This document shows positions 46,995 through 56,003 of a stretch of 64,000 nucleotides of DNA, in pieces (the stretch's first letter is position 1; each line of letters opens with the position of its first letter). Position numbers and translations under genes: made by a program. This DNA comes from Dictyoglomaceae bacterium (GTDB taxonomy: Bacteria; Dictyoglomota; Dictyoglomia; Dictyoglomales; Dictyoglomaceae). The stretch is taken from assembly GCA_035378845.1 (NCBI GenBank), contig DAOSUP010000009.1, forward strand, positions 546-64,545, in the 5' to 3' direction. The notes under the pieces were generated by a model. That model saw nothing but the letters and a program-made list of their open reading frames with translations. It searched no databases and had not been told where the DNA came from.

Positions 46995-48182
46995 CTATTC
47001 TCTTACTCCGATGTAGGTGAGAGGATTTGTTTTTCCTTTCTTACCTATATCTACAAGTTCTTCAAATACTTTCTCAATATGATCCATGGTTATGTCTCTT
47101 CCTCCAAGTCCATACACATAAGATTGTACAATAGGTCTTTTGTCAAAGTGATAAAGACCTGAAGTGATCTCATGGTATAGAGGTCCTCCAAAGGATCCAG
47201 GAACCATGCTTCTATCTAATACTCCTACCACCTTAATGTCCTTAAGAGCATTAGTGATATCTTCTAATGGGAATGGTCTGAATACTCTTATCTTGAGAAG
47301 ACCTACAGGAAGTCCTTTTTCTCTTAGTCTATCTACCACTTCTCTTGCAGTACCGATAGTAGAGCTCATGGCAACGATCACATATTCTGCTCCATCTATC
47401 TTGTATTTTTCTATGGTATCGTAATATCTTCCCGTAAGATCTCCATATTCTTTTCCTACTTTCTTTATGATAGGTAGAGAGTGGTCAATAGCATAAGCCT
47501 GAGCCACTTTAAATTCAAAATAGGAGTCAGTAAGAGCAAGGGGTCCCATGGTAATAGGACTATCTACATCAAGAAGATTATATTTGGGCTTATACTTCCC
47601 TATAAAATTCTTTACTATATCATCATCAAGAAGTTCAATCATCTCTTCTGAATGACTTGTGATAAATCCATCATATCCTACCATAACAGGAAGTCTTACA
47701 TCAGGATTCTCTGCAATTTTTACTGCTTGGAATACATTGTCATATATTTCCTGCACATTTTCAGAGAATATCTGGATCCATCCAGAGTCTCTTGCTCCCA
47801 TAGCATCACTATGATCCCCATGGATATTTATAGGGGCAGAAAGGGCTCTATTGGAAACAGTCATAACGATAGGGAGTCTCATAGAAGCGGCTATATACAG
47901 CATTTCCCACATAAGGGCAAGTCCCTGAGATGCTGTAGAAGTGATAACTCTTGCTCCTGCTGCAGCAGCGCCAATACAAGCACTCATAGCACTATGTTCA
48001 CTTTCTACAGGGACAAATTCTGTATCTACCTCACCATTTGCCACATACTCAGAGAACTTTTGCACCACTTCTGTGGATGGTGTTATAGGATAAGCAGCTA
48101 CCACATCAGGATTTACCTGTTTAAAAGCTAATGCAGCTGCCTCATTTCCCTCAATAGCAATTCTTTTTATCTGAGTTTTCAT
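46995..48182 (-). CDS. porA: pyruvate:ferredoxin oxidoreductase alpha subunit
   Basis: 395 aa with a GNEAAALA...YPITPSTE N-terminus typical of PorA/VorA. Confidence 0.9.
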   Translation of the reverse strand: MKTQIKRIAIEGNEAAALAFKQVNPDVVAAYPITPSTEVVQKFSEYVANGEVDTEFVPVESEHSAMSACIGAAAAGARVITSTASQGLALMWEMLYIAASMRLPIVMTVSNRALSAPINIHGDHSDAMGARDSGWIQIFSENVQEIYDNVFQAVKIAENPDVRLPVMVGYDGFITSHSEEMIELLDDDIVKNFIGKYKPKYNLLDVDSPITMGPLALTDSYFEFKVAQAYAIDHSLPIIKKVGKEYGDLTGRYYDTIEKYKIDGAEYVIVAMSSTIGTAREVVDRLREKGLPVGLLKIRVFRPFPLEDITNALKDIKVVGVLDRSMVPGSFGGPLYHEITSGLYHFDKRPIVQSYVYGLGGRDITMDHIEKVFEELVDIGKKGKTNPLTYIGVRE

Positions 48183-48195
48183 TATCTTCCCTCCT

Positions 48196-48465
48196 TTATT
48201 TCATGGTTATGGCTTTTATAGCACATTCTGCTGCACAGATTCCGCATCCTTTGCAGTAGTCATAATCTATATGTACTTTTTCACCATCAAATTTTATTGC
48301 AGAATCAGGGCAAAATAGCCAGCATAACATACATGTGGTACACTTTTCATAATCAATCTCTGGACGAAAGGTCCTCCAATCCCCAGTTTTATATTCTTTT
48401 GATGTGGCTGGCTTTGGAATAATAGGACCAGTCTCTACTAATTCTTTCCATCCTGGTAGTTTCAT
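48196..48465 (-). CDS. porD: pyruvate:ferredoxin oxidoreductase delta subunit (2x[4Fe-4S])
   Basis: CTTCMLCWLFCP and CKGCGICAAEC ferredoxin motifs. 89 aa. ATGA-type overlap with porG. Confidence 0.9.
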   Translation of the reverse strand: MKLPGWKELVETGPIIPKPATSKEYKTGDWRTFRPEIDYEKCTTCMLCWLFCPDSAIKFDGEKVHIDYDYCKGCGICAAECAIKAITMK

Positions 48466-49034
48466 TCTCCCTTTACCTCCTCGTAAGCTCTTTTTATCGC
48501 CTGAAGGTTGCCCTCAACAACTTCGGGCTTGAATTTTACTTCAAATTTCTTTCTGGACTGAGCTAAAACCTCATCTAAGGAAATTATTGGTAGTACTCTG
48601 ATCAGAGCACCAAGCATTGGAGTATTAGGAATTGGTCTTCCTATAGTAGCAAGAGCAATTCCTGTGGCATCTACAGTATAGATTTTTCTGTCTGAGATGC
48701 CCAGTTCCTGTCTTAGTGTTTTCGGATCATCAGTAGTATTTACAAGGATGATTCCATCAGAAGGAAGTCCTTCTATGATATCAACCTTTCCTATGAGAGT
48801 TTTATCAAGCACCACTACAGCATCAGGATTATACACCTGACTATGGATTCTTATAGGTTTAGTGCTTATCCGAGTATATGCTTTCATAGGGGCTCCAGTT
48901 CTTTCTGGACCATATTCTGGAAAAGCTTGGATAAATTTTCCAGCCTCCATGGCTGTTTCAGCAAGGAGATAAGAAGCTGTCTTTGCTCCTTGCCCTGCTC
49001 GTGCATGCCAGCGTATTTCTAAAAGCTCCTTCAT
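48462..49034 (-). CDS. porG: pyruvate:ferredoxin oxidoreductase gamma subunit
   Basis: 190 aa with the RWHARAGQGAKTAS motif typical of the gamma subunit. Confidence 0.9.
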   Translation of the reverse strand: MKELLEIRWHARAGQGAKTASYLLAETAMEAGKFIQAFPEYGPERTGAPMKAYTRISTKPIRIHSQVYNPDAVVVLDKTLIGKVDIIEGLPSDGIILVNTTDDPKTLRQELGISDRKIYTVDATGIALATIGRPIPNTPMLGALIRVLPIISLDEVLAQSRKKFEVKFKPEVVEGNLQAIKRAYEEVKGE

Positions 49035-49046
49035 ACAGTTACCTCC

Positions 49047-49658
49047 TTAATCTTTTGGAATTTTTAGGTCTTGCCTTCCATCTAAAGCATGAGCTAATGT
49101 TAGCTCATCAGCGAAGTCAAGCTCAGTGCCCACAGGAAGTCCATGGGCAAGTCTTGTTACTTTGACATTATATTCAGAAAGGATCTTCCCAATATACATA
49201 GCAGTTGCTTCTCCTTCAGGAGTAGAATCGGTAGCAAGGATTACTTCCTTGATACCTCCTTTTTCAACCCTATCTTTTAATTCAAAGATTCTTAAATCTT
49301 CAGGGAATACTCCATCAAGAGGTGAGATAAGTCCTCCCAATACATGATAGAGTCCATTATATTGAGATGTTCTTTCTATAGCCCATACATCTTTTGGTTC
49401 TGATACCACACAAATGGTACTATGATCTCTTTTAATGTCAGAACATATTTCACATGGATCTTTTTCGGTAAGATTGAAACAGATAGAACAATATTTTATG
49501 TTATTTTTAACCTTTAATATGGTATGAGCGAGTTTCTCCACATTTTCATGAGGCTGTTTTATAAGGTAAAAAGCTATTCTCTGGGCAGATTTAGGACCTA
49601 TCCCAGGTATCTTTGTTAGCTCATCTACGAGCTGATCAAAAAGACTTCTTTCTGCCAT
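49047..49658 (-). CDS. recR: recombination protein RecR
   Basis: HhH motif (IPGIGPKSAQRIAFYL), C4 zinc finger (CSICFNLTEKDPCEIC) and Toprim domain. Confidence 0.95.
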   Translation of the reverse strand: MAERSLFDQLVDELTKIPGIGPKSAQRIAFYLIKQPHENVEKLAHTILKVKNNIKYCSICFNLTEKDPCEICSDIKRDHSTICVVSEPKDVWAIERTSQYNGLYHVLGGLISPLDGVFPEDLRIFELKDRVEKGGIKEVILATDSTPEGEATAMYIGKILSEYNVKVTRLAHGLPVGTELDFADELTLAHALDGRQDLKIPKD

Positions 49659-49661
49659 TAC

Positions 49662-49979
49662 TTAGAAAAGTCCGGGTGGTAAAGAGAGTCCGTCAGTGAG
49701 TCCTCCCATCTTTTCAGCTGTCTTTTCTTTGGCTTTAGTTAAAGCATCCCTTAATGCAGCTGCCACAAGATCCTCCAGGACATCTACCTCCTCTTTATTT
49801 ACTACTTCAGGATCAATTTTTACCTCTTTTACATCTTCCTTTGCCGTCATAGTTATCTTGATTACACCACCACCTGCAGTACCCTCCACTAAGGTTTGTT
49901 CTAATTCTTCGTCAATCTTTGCCATCTTTTCTTGTATCTTTTTCAGTTGTTTCATGGCTTCAAAAGGATTACCCTTCAC
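49662..49979 (-). CDS. ybaB: YbaB/EbfC-family nucleoid-associated protein
   Basis: 105 aa with MKQLKKIQEKM...GTAGGGVIKITM, in the conserved position between dnaX and recR. Confidence 0.9.
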   Translation of the reverse strand: MKGNPFEAMKQLKKIQEKMAKIDEELEQTLVEGTAGGGVIKITMTAKEDVKEVKIDPEVVNKEEVDVLEDLVAAALRDALTKAKEKTAEKMGGLTDGLSLPPGLF

Positions 49980-49990
49980 GTTATTCCCTC

Positions 49991-51535
49991 CTAATCTATT
50001 ATTTTGCCTTTGAAAATATTCTTTACGTCTTCTGGAGACGCCTTTTTATCCTCTTTCTTAGGCTCCTCCTCTGATTTAGGATTATCAAAAAGAGAAGGAT
50101 TTTCATCTATCGTGGTAAATTTTATAGGAATTTGTGTACCGTAGACTTTTTTAATCTCCTCCTCTATAAAAGCTCTATTGGGTCTCTCTTCTAATCTTTC
50201 TTTTAAGAAGGATAAATTACTTGGAATACCAAGGACCAATCTCCCTTCGGAATCTATCTCTATAATTTTTGCCTCTCTAAGCATAGCTTCTAAGGATATC
50301 CTTCTCTTTTTTACTTTCTCAAGTACCTCTCCCCATCTATCTTTTATAGCATCTATATCCGATGCACTTTCTATAGGTTTTTTCTCTTCTTTTACCTCTG
50401 CTACCTTCTCTATATTTACCTCATTTACCTTAACCTGGGGAAGCTCAGCATCTTCTTTTAGAAATAGAGGAATAAGAGTCATCTCCATGAGAAGGGGTGC
50501 ATTGGTAAGATCTCTTAATCTATTTTCTAAGATGAGAATTTGGTCTATAATGTCCTGCAATCTTTTTATAGTAAATAGGTTTGTCTGATCCATAAGCTCT
50601 TGATATTCATCTTCTGTAAGGGAGAGAAGATTAGAAAGTCTTGGCTCAGCTTTTAAAAGAAGAAGATTTCTAAAATGTTGTAAAAGTTCTCTTACAAATT
50701 GCTGAGGATTCTTCCCCATCTGGAATATCTGTTGAAGAAGACTCCATCCTTCAGCAAGATTATATTCTCCCATTGCTTTTACAAAGGCATAAGTAAATTC
50801 ATAAGTGGGAAGTCCCAATAGATTTCTTGCAAGATCTTCTGTGATTTCCTGATCCGAATATATAAAAAGTTGCTCCAGAAGACTTATGGCATCTCTCAAA
50901 GAACCTTGAGATTGAAGGGATATAATCTTTAATGCCTCTTGAGATATTTTTACCCCTTCATTCTCAGAGATCTTAGAAAGTTGTTTTGCAATCTCATCTC
51001 TTGTTAATCTTCTAAAATCAAATCTCTGGCATCTGGAAAGTACAGTCAGTGGTACCTTTTGCGGCTCTGTAGTTGCCATAATAAAGACCACATGCTCAGG
51101 TGGCTCCTCTAAAATCTTAAGAAGTGCATTAAAAGCTTCATTAGTTAACATATGGACTTCATCAATGATATAGACCTTATATCGATCTCTTACAGGGAGA
51201 AGCCTTGCCTTTTCTCTTATATCTCTTATCTCATCTATGCCACGATTTGAAGCAGCATCAATCTCAATGACATCTATACTTCTTCCCTCTGCAGTTTCTA
51301 TACAAGAGTTACATTTTAAGCAGGGGGTTGGTGTAGGTCCCTTTTCACAATTTAAAGATTTAGCAAGTATTCTTGCAAGGGTAGTTTTTCCTGTGCCTCT
51401 TGGACCTGCAAAAAGATATGCATGGGCAATACGATTATACTTTAAACCATTCTGCAAAGTGACTACGATATGCTCTTGTCCTACAACTTCTTCAAAGGTT
51501 TGTGGTCGCCATTTTCTGTATAATGCTAAAGGCAT
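49991..51535 (-). CDS. dnaX: DNA polymerase III subunit gamma/tau
   Basis: Walker A GPRGTGKTT, zinc module CLKCNSC, SRC motif (LSRCQRF). Its ATG directly abuts the metG stop. Confidence 0.95.
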   Translation of the reverse strand: MPLALYRKWRPQTFEEVVGQEHIVVTLQNGLKYNRIAHAYLFAGPRGTGKTTLARILAKSLNCEKGPTPTPCLKCNSCIETAEGRSIDVIEIDAASNRGIDEIRDIREKARLLPVRDRYKVYIIDEVHMLTNEAFNALLKILEEPPEHVVFIMATTEPQKVPLTVLSRCQRFDFRRLTRDEIAKQLSKISENEGVKISQEALKIISLQSQGSLRDAISLLEQLFIYSDQEITEDLARNLLGLPTYEFTYAFVKAMGEYNLAEGWSLLQQIFQMGKNPQQFVRELLQHFRNLLLLKAEPRLSNLLSLTEDEYQELMDQTNLFTIKRLQDIIDQILILENRLRDLTNAPLLMEMTLIPLFLKEDAELPQVKVNEVNIEKVAEVKEEKKPIESASDIDAIKDRWGEVLEKVKKRRISLEAMLREAKIIEIDSEGRLVLGIPSNLSFLKERLEERPNRAFIEEEIKKVYGTQIPIKFTTIDENPSLFDNPKSEEEPKKEDKKASPEDVKNIFKGKIID

Positions 51536-53428
51536 TTAACTCACCCTCGATCCTGGATCAACCTCTTTTTCAGGAGTTAATATGGCAAGTCTGCCTTTAC
51601 TATCTTTTGCAGCAAGAAGCATACCTTGGGACTCATAGCCTCTTATTTTTGCAGGCTGAAGGTTATAGACCACAATAATTTCTCTTCCAATGATATCTTC
51701 AGGTTTATAATATTCTGCTATTCCTGCTACGATCTGTCTTTTTTCTCCTCCGATATCTATCTCAAGAAGAAGAAGTTTATCACTATTTTCTACCTTTCTT
51801 GCAGAAAGGACTTTTGCAACTCTGAGCTCTATATTCTTAAATTCATCAATGGTTATCGTTTTTACTTCTTCCTTCTTCTCCTCTTTTTTAATCTCCTCTT
51901 CTTTCTTTTCTATCCTTGGAAATAGGATCTTACCTTTATTTACCTTCTGTCCTGATGGGATTTTAACATCAAAGATAAGGTCCCATGCAAATTGTTTATC
52001 GGTATATCCAAGCTGCTCTTGGATCTTCTCAGCAGTCTCAGGGATAAAGGCATAAAGAAGGATTGATATCCTTCTTAAAGTCTCTAAAAGGGTATATATC
52101 CCTGTATTAAGACGTTCTTTATCTCCAGATGATGCCAAATTCCATGGCGAAAGTTTATCTATATATCTATTAGCATCTTGTATTAACTCCCAAATATTTG
52201 TAAGGGCACCTGATAGATTAAAATCTGCCATAGCATCTTCTACCTTTTTTGCAGTCTCTTCAGATTTATCAAGTAATGCTTCATCTTCATCTTCAAATGT
52301 GGAAGGTTCAGGCACACGTCCTTCGGTATATTTTTCTGCTACAGTGAGTACTCTATTTAAGAGATTACCAAGGTCATTGGCAAGATCCGAATGATATCTT
52401 TTATGGAAAGATTCATCGCTGTACTCTCCATCAAGCCCTAAAGGTACCTCACGAAGGAGAAAGTATCTTAGGGCATCTACGCCATAAATATTTATCAATT
52501 CCTGAGGATCAATTCTATTTCCCTTTGATTTAGAGATCTTTCCTCCCTTTATAGTCCAGAACCCATGGGCAAGGACTGTTTTAGGAAGAGGAAGTTTTAA
52601 TGCCATAAGTATAGCAGGCCATATAATAGCATGAAATCTTAAGATATCTTTTCCAATGAGATGTACTTCGGCAGGCCAGTATCTTTCAAATTTTGTTTGG
52701 TCATCACTTAAATATCCTAAGGCACTTATATAATTTACAAGGGCATCAAACCAAACATATACCGTATGTTTTGGATCAAAAGGGACAGGGATTCCCCATT
52801 TCACCGTGGTTCTTGTGGCACTAATATCCTTTAAGCCACTTTTTATAAAGCTGATAACTTCGTTTCTCCTGCTTGTAGGATATACAAAGTTAGGATGCTC
52901 ATCAATATATTTAAGAAGTGGTTCTCCAAACTCTGAAAGTTTAAAGTAGTAAGTTTCTTCTTCAAGAAATTCCACAGGTCTTCCACAATTAGGGCAGTTT
53001 CCTTCTACTAACTCATCTTTATTGTAGAATGTCTCACAAGGAGTGCAGTACCATCCTGCATATGTGCCTTTATATAGATAGCCTTCATCATATAATTTTT
53101 GAAAGATTTTCTGGACTACCTCCTCATGCCTTTTCTGGGTAGTCCTTATAAAATCATCATTAGTGATGCCAATCGTTTTCCATGTATCCAAAAATTTTTG
53201 TGCCATCATATCTACAAAAGCTTGAGGTGTATAACCTTTTTCTTCGGCAGTCTTTGCTAATTTTTGTCCATGCTCGTCAAGTCCTGTAAGGAAGAATACA
53301 TCATAATCCTTGAGGCGATAAAATCTTGCGAAGGTGTCGGCAACAATTGTAGTATAGACAGTACCTATATGGGGTTCTGAATTTGAATAATATATAGGGG
53401 TTGTTATGTAGAATTTGTCTCTTCTCAA
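51536..53428 (-). CDS. metG: methionine--tRNA ligase with a C-terminal tRNA-binding (EMAP/Trbp111-like) domain
   Basis: PHIGTVY (HIGH-type) and KISKSKGN (KMSKS) motifs, CPNCG zinc knuckle and a C-terminal VAKVLSARKVENSDKLLLLEIDIGG domain. TTG start lies 9 nt after AAAGGAG. Confidence 0.9.
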   Translation of the reverse strand: MRRDKFYITTPIYYSNSEPHIGTVYTTIVADTFARFYRLKDYDVFFLTGLDEHGQKLAKTAEEKGYTPQAFVDMMAQKFLDTWKTIGITNDDFIRTTQKRHEEVVQKIFQKLYDEGYLYKGTYAGWYCTPCETFYNKDELVEGNCPNCGRPVEFLEEETYYFKLSEFGEPLLKYIDEHPNFVYPTSRRNEVISFIKSGLKDISATRTTVKWGIPVPFDPKHTVYVWFDALVNYISALGYLSDDQTKFERYWPAEVHLIGKDILRFHAIIWPAILMALKLPLPKTVLAHGFWTIKGGKISKSKGNRIDPQELINIYGVDALRYFLLREVPLGLDGEYSDESFHKRYHSDLANDLGNLLNRVLTVAEKYTEGRVPEPSTFEDEDEALLDKSEETAKKVEDAMADFNLSGALTNIWELIQDANRYIDKLSPWNLASSGDKERLNTGIYTLLETLRRISILLYAFIPETAEKIQEQLGYTDKQFAWDLIFDVKIPSGQKVNKGKILFPRIEKKEEEIKKEEKKEEVKTITIDEFKNIELRVAKVLSARKVENSDKLLLLEIDIGGEKRQIVAGIAEYYKPEDIIGREIIVVYNLQPAKIRGYESQGMLLAAKDSKGRLAILTPEKEVDPGSRVS

Positions 53429-53467
53429 GCCACTTCGCTCCTTTCATAACTTTAAAATTCCTTGATA

Positions 53468-53496
53468 ATAATACTACTTACAAAAATCTATGTCAA
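53468..53496 (-). promoter_or_regulatory. candidate promoter of metG-dnaX-ybaB-recR
   Basis: Minus strand: TTGACA (53496-53491), 17-nt spacer, TATTAT (53473-53468). Confidence 0.45.
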
Positions 53497-53507
53497 ATAG
53501 GCACAGC

Positions 53508-55919
53508 TTACCAGTTTAATGAAAGATTACCACCTATTTGATATATGGAAAGGATACTTTCATTTAAAAAGCTATATATGTATTTTACAAAAATTTTACT
53601 ATTTTGTGAAATTTTTGTCTGATAGAAGGTGAGGCTAAGGATATATCTCTCTGCATTATTACTATAATTTTCATGGGTGAGTGAAAACTCTCCTTTACCA
53701 TTTAGGATATCTCTAAGGATTGATATGTCTTGTGCTCCATTCTTGTAATAACTCATAGAATAAGAGGCTTCCTTCCATATTCTTGTTATTTTTCCAGAGA
53801 GTTCATAAGATGAAAGCCTTAATTTTCCTTCAGAACTTGCAGATAGGCTTTTTAAAAATATACTATAGTAGTTATTCTCATAATAATCCAGAGATAGAGA
53901 GAGGTCCCATGCTTTTTGTTTAAGTATTAAATTTCCCTTAGAACTTAAAGTACGGATATTTTCTTCCTCATTAAGGAAATATCCAAAATAGAAAGAAGAA
54001 GGATTAAAGTAATAAGTAGAGTTTATAGACAGAGTATTTTTCTTCTCTTCAAGCTGTGTACTTCCAGATATATTTAGCCAAAAGTTTGAAAATATCATTC
54101 CATAAGAGCTTATGGAGAAGGCATTTATAGGATTTGCATCTTTATCAATCCTCTGCCAAGAGATATTTGTGATGACTTGAGGAAGTTTTAACTTTATCCC
54201 AAGGGTATCAGTCTTTGTATAGCTTAAAGCAGGAATAATAGCTTTATACACAAAAGTTATGGTAAGTCCTGAAGGTGGAGGATTTTTCCCCTCTTCATTC
54301 TCAAAAAATACACCTACAGAATTTTCCTCTATAAAATATTCCACAGTATAGGTTTCATAGGTACTATCAGGAAGATATAGGGTAAAAGTGCCATTATTTT
54401 CCACATATACACCATTTATATATAAATAAACTTCTATAGGGGTGTACTCCAATTTAAAAGAGAAGGTCCATCCATCAGTGATAAAATTCTGAGTTATCTC
54501 TGATGCTGTATTATAGTTTAGATTTTTCTTCTCATAATAATCTTCTCCTAAGAGAAATTCGTATTTATCTCCTAAGATATTGATATTTGCTCCTCTCTGC
54601 TCTTCCTCTAAGAGTAGATTTTGAGATGAAGTCTGTTTTTCATTATTGTATATAGAGGCTTTAAGACTTTTATTTTGAGGTGAGAAGTTATAACTTTTTA
54701 TATTTATAGTAGAAGACTCAGTATTTACCGTTTGAAAAGAGGCATTTAAGAAGGCAGGAGTATAAGAGAAGCTTACCCCTTCGGTGATTTTACTATTTTC
54801 TTTTTTAAAATTTAGGGCGAGATTTGTAGAGAATAAACTTAATGATAACTTATGATTCTGAACTTCTTTGCTGCTTGAATTTTCTTCATTTAAAAGATCC
54901 AAGCTATAATTTAAGAAGGAAAATGGGGTAAGATCTAAATTCAAAGAGAGTCTTTTAGCTCCCGGTGTTAGGTTAAAATTTCCAAGGATCTCAGATATAT
55001 AGGGATAGTCTTTTTCAGAACTTAAGAATTCAAAAGAGCCCTTTCCAAAGGAAGATTTGAAAGAAAGCCTCATATATCCTGCACTCCCTGAGAAGTCATT
55101 ATCAAGAAAGGAAAAAGCATATCTCCCCTCAGCATAGTTATTACTATCTTTATTAATATTAAAGCTAAATTCTAAAAATTCCCTTTCCGTAGGATTAGCA
55201 AAATTTTGCAAGGTTAAATAGGAGACTCCTAATGCCTTGTAGCTTAATGAGAGCCCATAGAGGTTATATACTTCTTGAGCTCCTGAAACTTCATATTCTA
55301 TGATAATCTCATCTTGGGAGGAGATTATAAAATTGAAGTAAAGAATTCCATAGGTATAATCAATGATGTAATCCATATCCCTTTCTAAAGTTTTTCCATT
55401 TAAAAATACCCTCTCCTTATATGGAATTAAGAAAAAATCACCTATAATGAAGGGTCCTTGAGTATCATTTCCATAGAATTTTTTGATCTTTTTCCTTCCC
55501 TCTATACTTGTGAAAATAAATTGTCCTTTAAAATCCTTATAAGCATAAGTACCTAAGATTCCATTAAGGTTCTTATTAAAAAGGGAGAGAGGGGATAAAG
55601 AAGTATTTAAATTGTTCCCTATATTTAAAGAGAAATTTTCTCCCTTTGCTATAAGAGTTATATTTTCTGGCTGTGATATATAGTTAAAGTTTAAAGATAA
55701 GTATGGGAGAAGATAGGAAAGAAAGAAACGAGAGTTTTGTTGGAAATATAGCCCCCTTTGAATATCTGAAGAGAGGTATTCCAGAGAGGAATCCCCACTA
55801 AAATATGCATAATAAGTGTTTAAATTTGTGGACCCATTTAGATTTACCGTTTGAGATAATGAGACTGAAATTAGCCTGATAAACAAAAAAAATATGAGCA
55901 GACATTTCTTTTTCATCAA
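53508..55919 (-). CDS. large secreted, beta-rich protein; likely outer-membrane/envelope protein of unknown family
   Basis: Signal peptide (MMKKKCLLIFFLFIRLISVSLSQ). 803 aa, rich in S/N/Y/F/L, with an alternating beta-strand-like pattern and a C-terminal aromatic residue (...GGNLSLNW). Confidence 0.5.
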   Translation of the reverse strand: MMKKKCLLIFFLFIRLISVSLSQTVNLNGSTNLNTYYAYFSGDSSLEYLSSDIQRGLYFQQNSRFFLSYLLPYLSLNFNYISQPENITLIAKGENFSLNIGNNLNTSLSPLSLFNKNLNGILGTYAYKDFKGQFIFTSIEGRKKIKKFYGNDTQGPFIIGDFFLIPYKERVFLNGKTLERDMDYIIDYTYGILYFNFIISSQDEIIIEYEVSGAQEVYNLYGLSLSYKALGVSYLTLQNFANPTEREFLEFSFNINKDSNNYAEGRYAFSFLDNDFSGSAGYMRLSFKSSFGKGSFEFLSSEKDYPYISEILGNFNLTPGAKRLSLNLDLTPFSFLNYSLDLLNEENSSSKEVQNHKLSLSLFSTNLALNFKKENSKITEGVSFSYTPAFLNASFQTVNTESSTINIKSYNFSPQNKSLKASIYNNEKQTSSQNLLLEEEQRGANINILGDKYEFLLGEDYYEKKNLNYNTASEITQNFITDGWTFSFKLEYTPIEVYLYINGVYVENNGTFTLYLPDSTYETYTVEYFIEENSVGVFFENEEGKNPPPSGLTITFVYKAIIPALSYTKTDTLGIKLKLPQVITNISWQRIDKDANPINAFSISSYGMIFSNFWLNISGSTQLEEKKNTLSINSTYYFNPSSFYFGYFLNEEENIRTLSSKGNLILKQKAWDLSLSLDYYENNYYSIFLKSLSASSEGKLRLSSYELSGKITRIWKEASYSMSYYKNGAQDISILRDILNGKGEFSLTHENYSNNAERYILSLTFYQTKISQNSKIFVKYIYSFLNESILSIYQIGGNLSLNW

Positions 55920-56003
55920 GAAATCCTTCTCTAAATGAATTTTTACTATTATACCCTATAGTTTAAGAAGTAAAGATTTTCTTAGATGAGTTTTCCCCTG
56001 CTA

